Assembly (NCBI GenBank): GCA_010093705.1
Contig: MU006119.1
Coordinates: 11,002-75,001, forward strand
Reading direction: 5' to 3'
DNA: 64,000 bases
Origin: Patellaria atrata CBS 101060
Lineage: Eukaryota
Under the pieces are notes generated by a model, which was given only the letters and a program-made list of their open reading frames with translations, searched no databases and was not told the origin of the DNA. Shown piece by piece: positions 26,235 to 38,509 of this stretch. Each line of letters starts with the position of its first letter. The first letter of the stretch is position 1. Position numbers and translations under genes: made by a program.

Positions 26235-26775
26235 TGTTACAACGGGAGTCTATACTTATCGAGACAGAACAGGATAAGTCTAGAAACGCGCCTGGCTTCT
26301 CACTTAACGTGGTCAACCACTAGGGTAGGTTTGGCAAAGTGATAGGATACGTATAACAAAGGCACTTCAAGTTGACGGTACAACTTGCTGACTCCTTGAC
26401 TTCGGGTAATGCTCACGATGAGACAAGACATACTGTATGGAAACAGCGTAACAAGTGAAGTCAAGTTCAAAACCGTAACATCCAAATCTTTGGGTAAGAT
26501 TGATGGTAAGAATAACTACGAAGAATCTAAATACATGCGTAAAGGAACGTCCTTAAATATTCCCATCCTTCATAGTTCAATTTGGTCTTTGGACGCGCTG
26601 GACGTAGAACCCCTTCTACGTCCACTACGTCCACGCTATGTTTTGGACGTGTTGGACGTAACCTCCTCCTACGTCCACTGCGTCCACATCACGTGATTCC
26701 CGTATCACCGATTTCCCCCGTAGTTGTGCCGCTCTACAACACCCTTCAGTTTGGCCCATCGACATTCCCATAACA
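26235..26775 (-). mobile_element. Solo LTR-like element (copy 4)
   Basis: Minus strand reads TGTTAT...GTTGTAACA; CACGTG at 26690; two TGGACG/CGTCCA palindromic units at 26590-26687. Confidence 0.8.
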
Positions 26776-26803
26776 CTTCAGCCAATTATACGGTAGTTAG
26801 AAT

Positions 26804-27986
26804 ATGTCGACACAGGACCAAGATGGGATGTCATTTTTTTTAGCTCATGAACAACAACAATTCAGGTTACTCGAGTTGCCATCCGAGCTTCTCGAGCTCC
26901 TCTCAAACCCAAATCCGCCTTTGTAGGCAATACTCCGTCAATTCTCAAGCTTCAATATCTCAATTGACGATTCTAGATTATTTATAAAGTCTTCAGATCC
27001 CACCATTTCCGTAGACGATAGACCTAGGAAGCTTCCATATGCAGTGATATGCACCCCAAACAAGACTTTCCAAATCCGCCAAGTACAAACATCGAATTCT
27101 GTTTTGCTAACACAACCTCTACCACTGCCCCTGACAGGTGACGGTGATGGTCTCCCTCTTGTCGGCTTGTCAGCTATTGCTCAGTGCTCCGCAACGCTCG
27201 AAACCCTTCCGGTCTCCGACCCTGCGTTACCATATCTGATTGAGGCGTTGCCGATATACTATAGTCCTAATGAAACTCATGGTAATCCCATCTCAGCTCG
27301 AAAGAACAACTATTCATCCAGGACAAAACATCAGATTTTCGACGATATACCGTTGTCGGAAGCAGAATGTCAGGGTTCTTGGATTGATATAGCGGCATTT
27401 GAGAGGGAAGGATCATGTTTTCGGCCCTCTCCTCAGTCGATCCTCGATATTTGGCAAGCTTTCTTAACTGAAGCCACTGCGGAAAGAGTCGATTTATCGT
27501 CTGACTTTAAAGTGGCGCGCTTCTACGAGTGCGTCGAAGAACATCCTCATGAGCTCTCTGCAGCTGTTTTTCAACGCATTGTTCGAGATGATAGAACGTC
27601 ATCTGATATTTGTACGTTGTGCACCATCACATTAGATTTCCCCAAAACTAATATGATAAGCGATGTCCATCGACCGTAGTAAGCTGATCCCATGGATTGG
27701 AAAATTGATACTTGAGGTAGCTGCTCCGAGAGGAAAACCCATGATCACCAATGAGTTATTGTCCAAGTGGAGAGATGCTGTGCCAGAGATTTGGCAGAGC
27801 CATGTTACTGTCTCCCTGATTGAAGATCTATGTGTTTTCCCAACACCTGGGAGGATTGAGCTCAAAAGTACGCCAGATACGAAGATCAGTGCAGGTGGTT
27901 CTAGTATGGGCAATGTTTCTGATGGTAGGCAAGGCGTAACTGCTAGGAAGTGGCATGAGAGGTTCAAGCAGACAAGATCAAAATAG
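26804..27986 (+). CDS. DCC1: Sister chromatid cohesion protein Dcc1 (Ctf18-RFC subunit)
   Basis: FRLLELPSELLELL, AVICTPNKTFQIRQVQTSNS, C-terminal RKWHERF; two introns. Confidence 0.9.
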
Positions 27987-28723
27987 TCTAGCACTCTAGG
28001 TCTGGGAAAAGGATTCCCACGACAACGAAGATCAATTGCAAAACTGACCTTCTTTCTCTCACCAAGATATTGGTCTGGTATGGCCCTATTGACTATATAT
28101 AGTTTTGGGCATCGTAAAGACACCTGTGTTGAAATTGCTGAGATATCGCATTGACATGGAAGTTTTACTGTACGTGTATCCGTAAATAGATGTCACTAGA
28201 TCTCGCGCTTCTGACGTGTTCTTTACGTTAAGGGATGGAGTGTATCGATTGGATTTCTTCCTGCATTCAAGTTTGTTTATTTCGCAAACATTCGATGCCG
28301 TCATGACATGGTGGGGTAGTTCTAAGCTACCTTCTTGATCTTCTGCTCAAGATACAAAGGTAGAATTTCTCTCGACTATCCCATTCAGCAGTTGGGTTCA
28401 CAACTTTTTTCCACACACCAGGTTATATAGTCCGTGTTAATCTTCACCCGTTCCACTGCATCATATCGCAACAATCTCTCGCGCCATCGAAAGATCGGCG
28501 TGATAATTCAACGTTTCTACTCCACCTCCGCTGTTGATCCTTCGATCCCCGTCCCTTTTAGGGGAAGAGATTCATTCCTATTTGCTTCACATGTACCTAC
28601 TAGCACACGAATAGATCCCACTCTATCTGGGATTTCACCACTTATAGCTTGACAGTGAGGCTTTTCAATTCAATTCCAAGCTTCATAGTCAGGAACGGGC
28701 CACCGATTAAAAGAAGTCGCAAG

Positions 28724-29572
28724 ATGTCGACCACCTTCCGCGCCCTCCCGCCATGTCCTTGGAAGTCTACCTTCCTGGCCCACCTTTCAAATCTAACCTC
28801 CCCGGAATTCACCTTAGCAACCTTAGCTCAGACATCCAAAGGTTCCCCAATACCTTACCTTCCCCGAGCCCGCACATGTATCTTCCGGGGCATGTGGGCA
28901 GAGCTACCAGCCAACGCAAAGAACAAGGCCAACATGAATCCAAAAGTGTTCGAGAGCGAATGCCCAACCTTCACAACGGATGTCAGGATGGAGAAAGTGG
29001 AGCAGTTGTTCTCCAGCTCACCCGGCAAAGACGGGTTGTCACAGCAAAACGAGAGCGCTGCTGAGGAGAGTAGCGGGGGAGGCGGTCCCGTCGAAGCGGT
29101 ATTCTGGATATCCGAGACGAGTACGCAATGGAGGATCAAAGGTCGGGCTTGGGTAGTAGGGCCGGATATTGAAAACGAGGATCAGTTGCAGACGAGCGGA
29201 GTGAGGACGGTCAAGAGCGAAATAGGAAAGAGAATGAGAATTACGGAGAAGGGAAAGGGTAAAGAAGGCGAGTGGAGTTGGATGAAGGAGCTAACGGCAC
29301 ATTTTGGAAATATGAGTCCGGGTGCTAGAGGTATGTTTCGCCAACCGCCTCCCGGTCAGCCAGTTAGTGCTGTATACGACAAGGAGCACCAGATGGGCAC
29401 GACAGTGGAAGATTTAGACGATAGGCTTGCTAGAAAGTACTTCAGGGTTGTAATAATTAGACCGGAAGAGGTAGAGGCGACTGACTTGAGCGATCCTAAT
29501 AAGGCGCGCCGACGGAGGTACAGCTTTGAAGAAGAAACAGGTGAGTGGACGAATGAGGAGCTTTGGCCTTGA
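28724..29572 (+). CDS. Pyridoxamine 5'-phosphate oxidase-like FMN-binding protein (YGR017W/Alr4036-like)
   Basis: FTLATL, PRARTCIFRG, TTDVRMEKV, VEAVFW...QWRIKG, C-terminal EELWP. Confidence 0.85.
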   Translation: MSTTFRALPPCPWKSTFLAHLSNLTSPEFTLATLAQTSKGSPIPYLPRARTCIFRGMWAELPANAKNKANMNPKVFESECPTFTTDVRMEKVEQLFSSSPGKDGLSQQNESAAEESSGGGGPVEAVFWISETSTQWRIKGRAWVVGPDIENEDQLQTSGVRTVKSEIGKRMRITEKGKGKEGEWSWMKELTAHFGNMSPGARGMFRQPPPGQPVSAVYDKEHQMGTTVEDLDDRLARKYFRVVIIRPEEVEATDLSDPNKARRRRYSFEEETGEWTNEELWP

Positions 29573-30300
29573 GGATGGAGGGACGGCAATATAGGTACAG
29601 AGATAGAGATCCATGTTTATGTAAATGGTACGATTTGGCCATTCCGTAATGTAAATATCATTGTGGTAGTACTCGCATACCCTATCCTTAAATTGAGCAT
29701 CTTCATAGTAATGTAATAGTACTCAATTTCCGTTAGAGGACTTCGGACGAGCAACATCTTAAAACAATAAGGGATTGACCAATTGCTTTGTGAACCTACT
29801 GTCCTAAAACACATTCTTAAATCTACTTCCCTAATACTATAGTTGCAGCATATTCATTGATGATCGAGCTATAGCTGAGAGGAGATCCCCTTGCGCGTCT
29901 ACCTTCTGAAGTTTGTTTTCCGGAGAAAATCATTTTCATTAGACACGACGCAGCTTATATTTGAATCAAATTCATATCCTGTGATGGCTGAGACTTCTCC
30001 GTTATTGTTGCTTATAGACGTGATGTTATTGGCAAGCTCGGAAAGTGTTCGATATGAATAAGCTGTAGAGTTAAGTCGCTCATATAGTTGCGGACCATTG
30101 GATCTCGTAGCTCTGTACAGTTAAGTGAGAACCGGTCAGAGAAATTTTACAGTTAGCCAGGGGTGCCAGAGACATCACAGGGAAATTGAGGCCATTCGAC
30201 TCGAACGATCTCCAGAACCATCACACGCGGTTCGCTTTTGGGCGATGTGAGATTCTCGCATGCCGAAGTTCATGATCTGGTATTGATTATTAATTTTGTT

Positions 30301-31753
30301 TCAAATCGACCAACCTGTCGGCTTGGCCTTCGCTTTTGGTTCAACTTTCGTCGGTATATCAGACCATGCCGGTCCATCGATCTCGGGAGTATCATCTTGT
30401 ATATCCAAAACAATCATCCGTTCAGACAACGGTTCGTCTTGCACTGGGTCTGAGGACCTATCTAGTGCTTGTTGCACGTCTCCCGTCTCGTTCACTACGT
30501 CTTCACCAAAGCGATAGGGCTGTTCGTCGCCGTCATCGCTATGTCCCATCTCTTCTTCGTCATCCGCCATTCTGTCGCCATCGACCCCTACTTCTTTCAT
30601 GTATTGTTCAAGTTCCTTCGCCATCTTTCGGCTGAAGCCAGATGCTTCAACCTCCACATCTAGTCTCTTCCTCTCACCTTTTTGTTCTACGCCTCGCACA
30701 GCATCAGAAAAGAAGGGGCCAGGTTCGTCGCTGACGAAGTGGAATCGCCTTTCGAAAAATCTCTTGATACATCCGACATCTCTATCAAAGTAGAACTCCG
30801 CATTTGGATGGGATATTGACACCATTTGCGGGAAATCAATAAGAATGGGTAGTAGAGCGATTTCGGCCTCTTCAAGCATACAGTTAGTATCATCTACTTT
30901 TACCGCACTATGAACCGGAAATTGAGTCCTCTCATCTATCAGAATATTGAATTCGTTGAAATCTCCATGTATTAGCCCGAATCTCGCAAGCCGTAAGATC
31001 ATGGCGATGAGATCCCCATATAAACTGGCTGGATCCGGCACGCTCGATATTTGTCTCAGCGGAAACGCATTTATGAGACTCATGACTATTGTGTGTCGCG
31101 ATTGTGCGATAGGTTCTGGCACAGGGAACCCGTTCTCCCTCAGCGCTTTCATGAAAGCATATTCTTTCAATGCCGCAAGCCGTGACATATACATCCAGGA
31201 GGAGGATGAACGGTTTCGAAGATAATCGCGATTGGCCTTTACCGTACGGAACGATATTCTACCCAGTCTGTGGATCTTCAGGACTCGTTGCTCTCCTGTT
31301 GAGGACGCTACGACATAGATATCCGATTCCTTGCCCACGCCAATCTGATTACCGATGCTATAAATGGATGATTGCTTGCGATGCGTATTCAAAGCGAGAT
31401 AGTCGAGCCCGCCATAGGTTAAACGGTACCCATCGTCTAAGGCGATTAGGATAGAGATCTTCATGATCTGGAAGACATCCTTACATACATTTTGCGTTCT
31501 TGACCTTGCCGATGAGACCAGCTTTAGCCAGGGCTGATATACTTTTGTGAAATCCTGTGCCGCTCTTGTTTCCCGCAATCCTACCTATCAACGGTGTTGG
31601 AACAACCTCATGATTTTTGCTCCCCATTTCTACCTGATTCTACAGTTAGCTCTCGAGTTAACTAGCGATTAGTTGTTTAGGACCGCATACTGCAGTGAGA
31701 ACACGCCAGTCCTCCGCTGTGAGATAGCGTATTGCTTTCGTATCTAACTTCAT
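30301..31753 (-). CDS. RIO2: RIO2 atypical kinase (40S maturation)
   Basis: MKLDTKAIRYLTAEDWRVL, DGYRLTYGGLDYLAL, IGVGKESD, LIHGDFNEFN, IDFPQM; two introns. Confidence 0.96.
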
Positions 31754-32157
31754 GGCTGCAGGTCTTTTAAAACTTGGGTATCTGGTGTTGTAAACCTATT
31801 TTTTTTTTCCCCAAAATTTCTATAAATGATGTTCGGATATTGATACAGTAAGGTACTGTAGCTCTACCTTTTAGTACTAGACCGTCGGCAATTCTCCGGT
31901 ATATGTCAAGAACTAACATTGATGAGGCGGCGACGAAAGCAGCGCCGGAGCTCCAGAATTATAATCATCGAGCTCCCAAACTGCTTCAAGTCCAACTCTT
32001 CGCCCATTTCCGTCTTTCTCAATCTCTGTTCTACTTGTACTAGCTTCCCCTTATTGCTGCTCCTTCCCCTAGCTTGAGATATCACTCCTTCGAGCTCCGG
32101 TCCAAATACTCTACACGCCGACTTATTCAGCTAACCTTATTGCCCACAGCTTACACT

Positions 32158-35100
32158 ATGGCTAAAGACGAAAAGAAACCTACAGCAGCTGAGAAAGGCA
32201 AGGGAAAGGCGATAGAGGGTGTGAATCTATCCAAAGACTCTGAGCAACAGAGTAAAGACGACGACAAGGCGCAGGATGGAGAGAAAGTACTGCCGGAAGG
32301 TAAGGTTTAATAATCACCCTCTGTCAAGTTGCGCCCGGCAGACTGATTGTGGCACAGAGGAGTTGAACGAAGAGGATCAGCAGCTCAAGAATGAGCTTGA
32401 GATGCTAGTAGAGCGGTTGACGGTACACCATCTCGCCTCATCTGTTTACCATTTCATGCAGAGTCTAATTATAGTAGGAATCGGACGCGAGCCTATATAA
32501 ACCTGCATTAGAAGCAATAACAAATTTCATAAAAACATCAACCTCGTCAATGACCGCTGTTCCCAAACCTCTCAAATTCCTTCGCCCACATTATGAAAAA
32601 CTTGAGAAGGCATACGAGTCGTGGACAGAAGGGGACGATAAGGTACGTGTAAACACATATAATATTGAGAAATATGTCTGAAACTCTCCAAAGGCTTCGT
32701 TGGCGGATACACTCTCCGTACTAGGCATGACACATTCCGATGAGACTCGACATGAGACGCTGAAGTACCGATTGCTAGCGCCGTCGAAAGATCTGGGGTC
32801 GTGGGGGCATGAGTACATGCGACATCTCGCATTAGAGATTGGACAAGAATTCGTTGACCGATTGAATGAAGATAAGCCAACCGAAGAGCTTGTTGAACTT
32901 GCCATTTCCCTCGTTCCTTTCTTCCTGAAACACAACGCGGAAGCCGATGCAGTGGATATTCTAAGCGAGCTAGAAATCATCGAACAAATTGTCAAGTATT
33001 TGGACGAAAACACATACTCCAGAGTATGTTTGTATATGGTTAGGTAAGATGGGATGAGGTTATGCATGTCACTACACCAGCGACTAACATACATTAGCAT
33101 GGTACCTCTTTTGACATATCCGGATAACGACAGGTTTCTACGCACAGTATATAAAATTTACAGGCAATATAAGCAACATACGCAAGCGATTACCATAGCG
33201 ATTCGGTTAAATGACCGTGATCTTATTGAAGAAGTTTTCAACACAACGCAAGACAACTCTATCCGAAACCAAATGGCTTTACTCATTGCCCGACAGAGAA
33301 TATGGATGGACCCCCCTGATGGTGAAGAGGACAATGAGGATCTTATAGCATGTCTGAGTAACTCAAAGTTACCTGAATACTTCAAAGCGATGGGCAAGGA
33401 GCTGAACATTCTGGATCCGAAGACTCCGGATGATATTTACAAGACGCATCTAGAAAGCTCAAGGACGTCTGGCCTAACGAACACAGATTCTGCAAGGCAT
33501 AATCTTGCCAGCGCTTTTGTCAATGCTTTCGTCAATGCTGGATTTGGTGCCGATAAAATGATGCTAACCCCAGACAGCAAATCGAGTTGGGTCTGGAAAA
33601 CTAAGGAAGATGGCATGCTTTCAACAGTAGCCTCGCTCGGTATGTTACTTCTTTGGGATGTTGAAATGGGTCTTGATAAGATCGATCCATTTACCTATGA
33701 GAACAGGGATGGGCGTGAAGAATATATCAAGGCCGGTGCCATGTTGGCAAACGGGATCATTAGCTGCGGCGTCCGAATGGAAGCTGACCCTGCTCTCGCC
33801 GTGCTGGGTGATTCGTCAAGTCTCAATCATAAAGACATGAGCGTCCGAACAACGTCCATTATGGGTCTTGGTCTAGCCCATGCTGGTTCGAATAGGGAAG
33901 ACCTGCTCGAATATCTGCTCCCAATTGTCAGCGACACATCTCTCGACATGCAGCTCTCGGCTATGGCTTCTCTATCTCTCGGGTTGATCTTCGTCGGCTC
34001 GGCTCAAAGTGACGTGAGCGAAGCCATCATCCAGACCTTCCTTGACGAAGACCGCATGAAGCAATTGAAGAGCAAGTGGACCAGGTTCATGGCCCTAGGT
34101 CTCGCCCTGCTTTACTTCGGACAACAGGAAGAAGTCGATGTCATCCTCGAGACCCTCAAAGCAATTGATCACCCAATGTCCAAGCCGTCATCAGTCCTCG
34201 CGGAAGTTTGCGCTTGGGCGGGTACCGGCGCAGTCTTGAAACTTCAGCAACTCCTCCATATCTGCAACGAACACATTGAGGATGACTCAGACGAAAAGAA
34301 AGGCGACGAGCTCCTCCAAGCGTACGCCGTTCTGGGGCTCTCCCTGGTCGCCATGGGTGAAGAAGTCGGGCAGGAAATGGTGCTCCGCCAGTTTGGCCAT
34401 TTGATGCACTACGGCGAAGCCAACATCCGCAAAGCGGTACCGCTCGCCATGGGCCTCATCTCCCCCTCGAACCCACAAATGAAAGTTTACGACACCCTCT
34501 CTCGTTACTCCCACGACAACGACCGCGATGTGGCCGTTAACGCTATCTTCGCCATGGGCCTCCTCGGCGCCGGTACCAATAACGCTCGTCTCGCTCAGCT
34601 CCTACGACAGCTCGCCAGCTACTATCACCGCGATCCAGATGCGCTCTTCATGGTACGCATCGCACAGGGTCTCCTACACATGGGCAAGGGTACCCTCTCC
34701 GTAAACCCGTTCCACACCGACCGGCAGGTCCTCTCGCGTGTCGCTGCCGCCGGCTTGCTCACCGTGCTCGTCTCCCTGATAGACGCGCGGGAGTTCATCC
34801 TTGGGTCACAGCACTACCTGCTGTACTTCCTCGTGACGGCGATGCAGCCGCGCTTTCTTATCACGCTCGACGAGGAGCTCAAGCAGCTCACGGTCAACGT
34901 GCGCGTCGGGCAGGCCGTTGATGTCGTAGGCCAGGCGGGCAGACCGAAGACGATAACTGGATGGCAGACGCAGAGCACGCCGGTGCTTTTGGCGTATGGC
35001 GAGCGAGCGGAGCTGGAGGACGAACAGTATTTGAGTTTAGGGAGTACGTTGGAGGGGATTGTTATCCTGCGCAAAGTGAGTCTTTTTCCTCAATCTCTCA

Positions 35101-35174
35101 CTCGTACCCTTGCTCAAATCGAAATGCTAATTTCATTTCAACAGAATCCGGAATGGGAGGATGAAACGAAGTGA
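32158..35174 (+). CDS. RPN1: 26S proteasome regulatory subunit Rpn1
   Basis: [29 protein letters not shown] repeats, [24 protein letters not shown]; several introns. Confidence 0.97.
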
Positions 35175-36420
35175 GGGTAGGGTCTTAGAGGGTTTGATAG
35201 CTCACGTGCGGTATGCTGTCTGGCGAGCGCCCACGTTCGTAAGGAGAACACTAGAGAAGGGCGCTTGTTTGCATTTTCGATGCATGATCGCAAAACGGTT
35301 GTAATGTACAGATTATTAGATATGAAGAGTAATCATTCCAAACCATGTGTCACTCCATTTCGTTATCCCAGCCGGAAGGGAGTTTTCACAAGGCTTGACG
35401 TCTCTCCCACGAATCTCCATGTGAGAGATGAATTGAGGAATCTAAAGAAAGGTGGGAAAGACGGAAGTATTGATTTGGAGCCGGATAACTCTTAGAACAG
35501 TTATTTCACTCTCCTTGAGGCAGTCGCTGCATCACCAAATATACTCTCAGCAGTGCTTCAAGAGTCTCCCGATCTGACGATACAAGTCCTCATTTCGCGC
35601 ACCGCGTACGAATGACATTCCTATAATCCACATGCCAAAGAAAGAAAAAAGAGGCAATGATCACAACCACGAATTATTCCAGAGATGAGTAAGTGACAGC
35701 TAGAGTCAAATTGTCTGTACTACCTATCTACAGCAACTGTCATGGAAGGTTGATAAGCTGTCTTCATAAATGCTGCTCGAGCTAATTTTCCACTAACTCT
35801 ATCTTCCACGCTTTTCCCCCCAAATGCCTGATGATTGAACCGCCCAAGAGAGCAAAATCAGCATCATTCTGTGATGAAATGCCCGCGAGGGCGAAGAACC
35901 CTCTGAACTGCAACAAAGCCACAAAACTAGAAACAGAAAGCAAAGTGATTGGGGTTTTTCAAGGAAAGAGAGCAATATTACGCAATTTGGACAGTATATG
36001 AAAGCACTTGTGTTGAGGAGAAGCCGGTCGTGCCAGCCTCAAGGGGAGTATGTAACGTGGGTGTTAATCAAAAGAGGGGATACAAGTGTCTGAATGTTGA
36101 TAGCCTGGTGAACAGCCATATTCGTGACGATGTTGTTGAACCTCGTATACAACGATTCTTGGCCAGTCGCGAGATTAGGTTGTTTTTGCATGTAAGCCGT
36201 AGATAATGATACATAGGGTGCGGCAAGACAGTGGAGTTTATGACGGTGGGTTGAAATAATGGTTTTACGTTTCTGAAGCCGAGTTGCGATACGACGTAGA
36301 AACAATGTGGGATAGATCTTGACCATGTCGGCGTGGCTGTAGATGTTCGATGTCTGATAGTAGAGATGTTGAAGAATGAACCTTTGAAGTGAGATAGAGT
36401 TAATCCAACTGGCTGATGGT

Positions 36421-38509
36421 TTATTCAAGTTCCTCGGAGGCTTCGTTGACAGCAGAAGAAGTGTCTCCATGAGCGATGGCTGGGGCAACTGTCGCGGTTG
36501 GGGTGTCATCAGCTTCAGAGACAGTCTGGACAAGGTTTGGCTTGATGTCGGATCCGCCAGGCTTGTACATTGTCGTCACCTGGTTACCGGAGCGTTGTTG
36601 CAAGGGGGTGACTGTGAGACCCCTACCCATCAGTTGTGGAAGTGTGCTTGGAGCAACAGCAACTTGAGGTTGAAAGCGGGGGGTGAACTGCGAACTGTTG
36701 TCGGTCAGCTGCGGTATCGCAAGAGATCACGAAGATACTCACTTGGTGGAATTGGCGAGGAATGTCTCAAACTCGTTCGCGGCGTCCTGTTCACTTGCGG
36801 AGAGCCCCAAGAGGCTCTCAGAAGCGTTCAGCTGACCACCACGGGCTTGGAGAACGCCGTACTCAAACTCTGCAGCACGGAATTGACGAGCAGCGGCGGT
36901 CTGTTGCTTCAGTACTTTTTGTTCCTGCGTGTCCGAATAACGTATCTGGATGACGTGCTCTTCGCCCTGTTTGTTTGTAATCGCTTTATTGTTGTAGTCC
37001 CTGATGACCATTTCGCAGATGTCCCGGGATTCGAAGCTTCGGAGGACTGTTAGCATGGAGATTGATCCATCATGTTGAGACTGTAGCGGCTTACCGTGCA
37101 AATCCAACACCGCGTCCATTACCGTTCGGATCGCGTAAGACCCTGGTGGAACAAACCTTGTGAGGAAGGAAGAATTCGCCCAGTTCCTAATACTTCAGTC
37201 AGCGGCTCGAGTATGAGAAGAACGTGTAAGTCTGCGTACATGTTCGTTCATATTGCGAGGAATGTTCGAAATGTAGAGGTTCGTGTTGCCATCGTCTGAG
37301 AACTTCTTGAGTTTGGCGTAGAAAGATTCCTGTCGCCCCCGTCAGCTTTGGTACATACATGATGGAGGACCAACTTACCCTAGCGAAGCTGACTTCGTAT
37401 CCAAGATGATGAAAACCACGAATACAGTTCTCCGCAGCTTCAAAGCCATGAAACTTGATGAAGCCAAATCTATGACATGTAAGAGATCTTGGCCGGTGAT
37501 TGAGGGACAAATCGACATACCCTTTGCAAGAATTGGTCTTTGAGTCTATGATGGACTTTGAGCTCGTGATAGGCCCGAAGCGTATACCCCAGCTATGAAG
37601 CATTTCATCAGTGGTCTCCGGGAGAAGACCTCGAATGTAAACATTTGTCTCGCCATTCTTGTTCTCGAGGCTGCGGTCGAGCGGTTTCATGGGAGAGCTT
37701 GGTGCTGGAATGGCTCTGGGAATGGGTGGATCCTGCTGGATGAGCCTCTGGAGTTCTGGAGAAAGGACACTGACGGGCGCCGGCTTTCCGTACGCGTTGA
37801 ACGCGTAACCTGGTCCACCCTGGGAGGGAGACGGCGTAGCGCTATGTGGATACAGGGCAGCCGGAGAACGATCGAGTACCGTAACAGCGTTATGGTAACT
37901 CGAATAATAGGGCGTTCCGGGCAAGTCATTCTCGGCGGATGAGATCGAGTCGCGACGAGGAGTGATCAAGGTCGGAAGATCGTTTGCTGCTGTACGAGGA
38001 GTCCAACTTTGTTGACTTAATGGACTATGTTCACCCAAGTGTTGATGGTAACCGGCGTAGCCCTGGGGTAGGAAATGAGACATCGAAGTGTACAAAGATG
38101 GCGATTGTGGAATGCCATGGTGAGTTTGATTTGAACCTTGGAGCACTGGGCCTTGAGTATACATCACTTGGTGCTGATGGGGGAGGTACATCGCTTGAGC
38201 TGCGTTGAGTTGCACCGCACTGTAATCGGAAGAGACGGCAGATGGACTGTTGATAGAATAAGCGGAAGAGTTGCTGTGCAGATTCATGCCGGTGAAACCC
38301 GTTGCCAGAGCGGAAAGCCCAGTATCGGCGTAATTGCCAGACATGACTGCCGAGCCGGATGGGAGATACGTCGAGTTGCTGCGAAGAGCTTGAGCGTGAG
38401 TGGCGGCGAACTGATTGTGGCCAACACCTGGTCCCTTATTCATGAAGCCAGGGCCGGTGTTTACGTAGGCTCCCTGGCGTGGGGGATTGTTCTCCTTCAT
38501 GTTCGTCAT
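36421..38509 (-). CDS. RRM RNA-binding protein (MSSP/RBMS-like, two RRMs, low-complexity N-terminus)
   Basis: TNVYIRGL, CKG-FGF, second RRM TNLYISN, QIRYSDT; multiple introns; last-exon acceptor uncertain. Confidence 0.8.

Noticed and set aside
26409..26696. Antisense ORF MRQDILYGNSVT...EESKYMR repeated in LTR copies 1, 2 and 4 with variable C-termini
   Set aside because: Conservation follows from DNA identity; differences are not biased to synonymous sites, and copy 3 has a frameshift and lacks the ATG
1802..27986. Apparent clustering of cell-cycle genes (BUD3, MZT1, POL32, TBCD, DCC1)
   Set aside because: Interspersed with unrelated genes; cannot be distinguished from chance or ordinary synteny
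33900..35070. GC-rich shift in the 3' half of RPN1 (also VPS9 and the NADH dehydrogenase)
   Set aside because: The frame is continuous and conserved; codon bias suffices and there is no sign of foreign DNA
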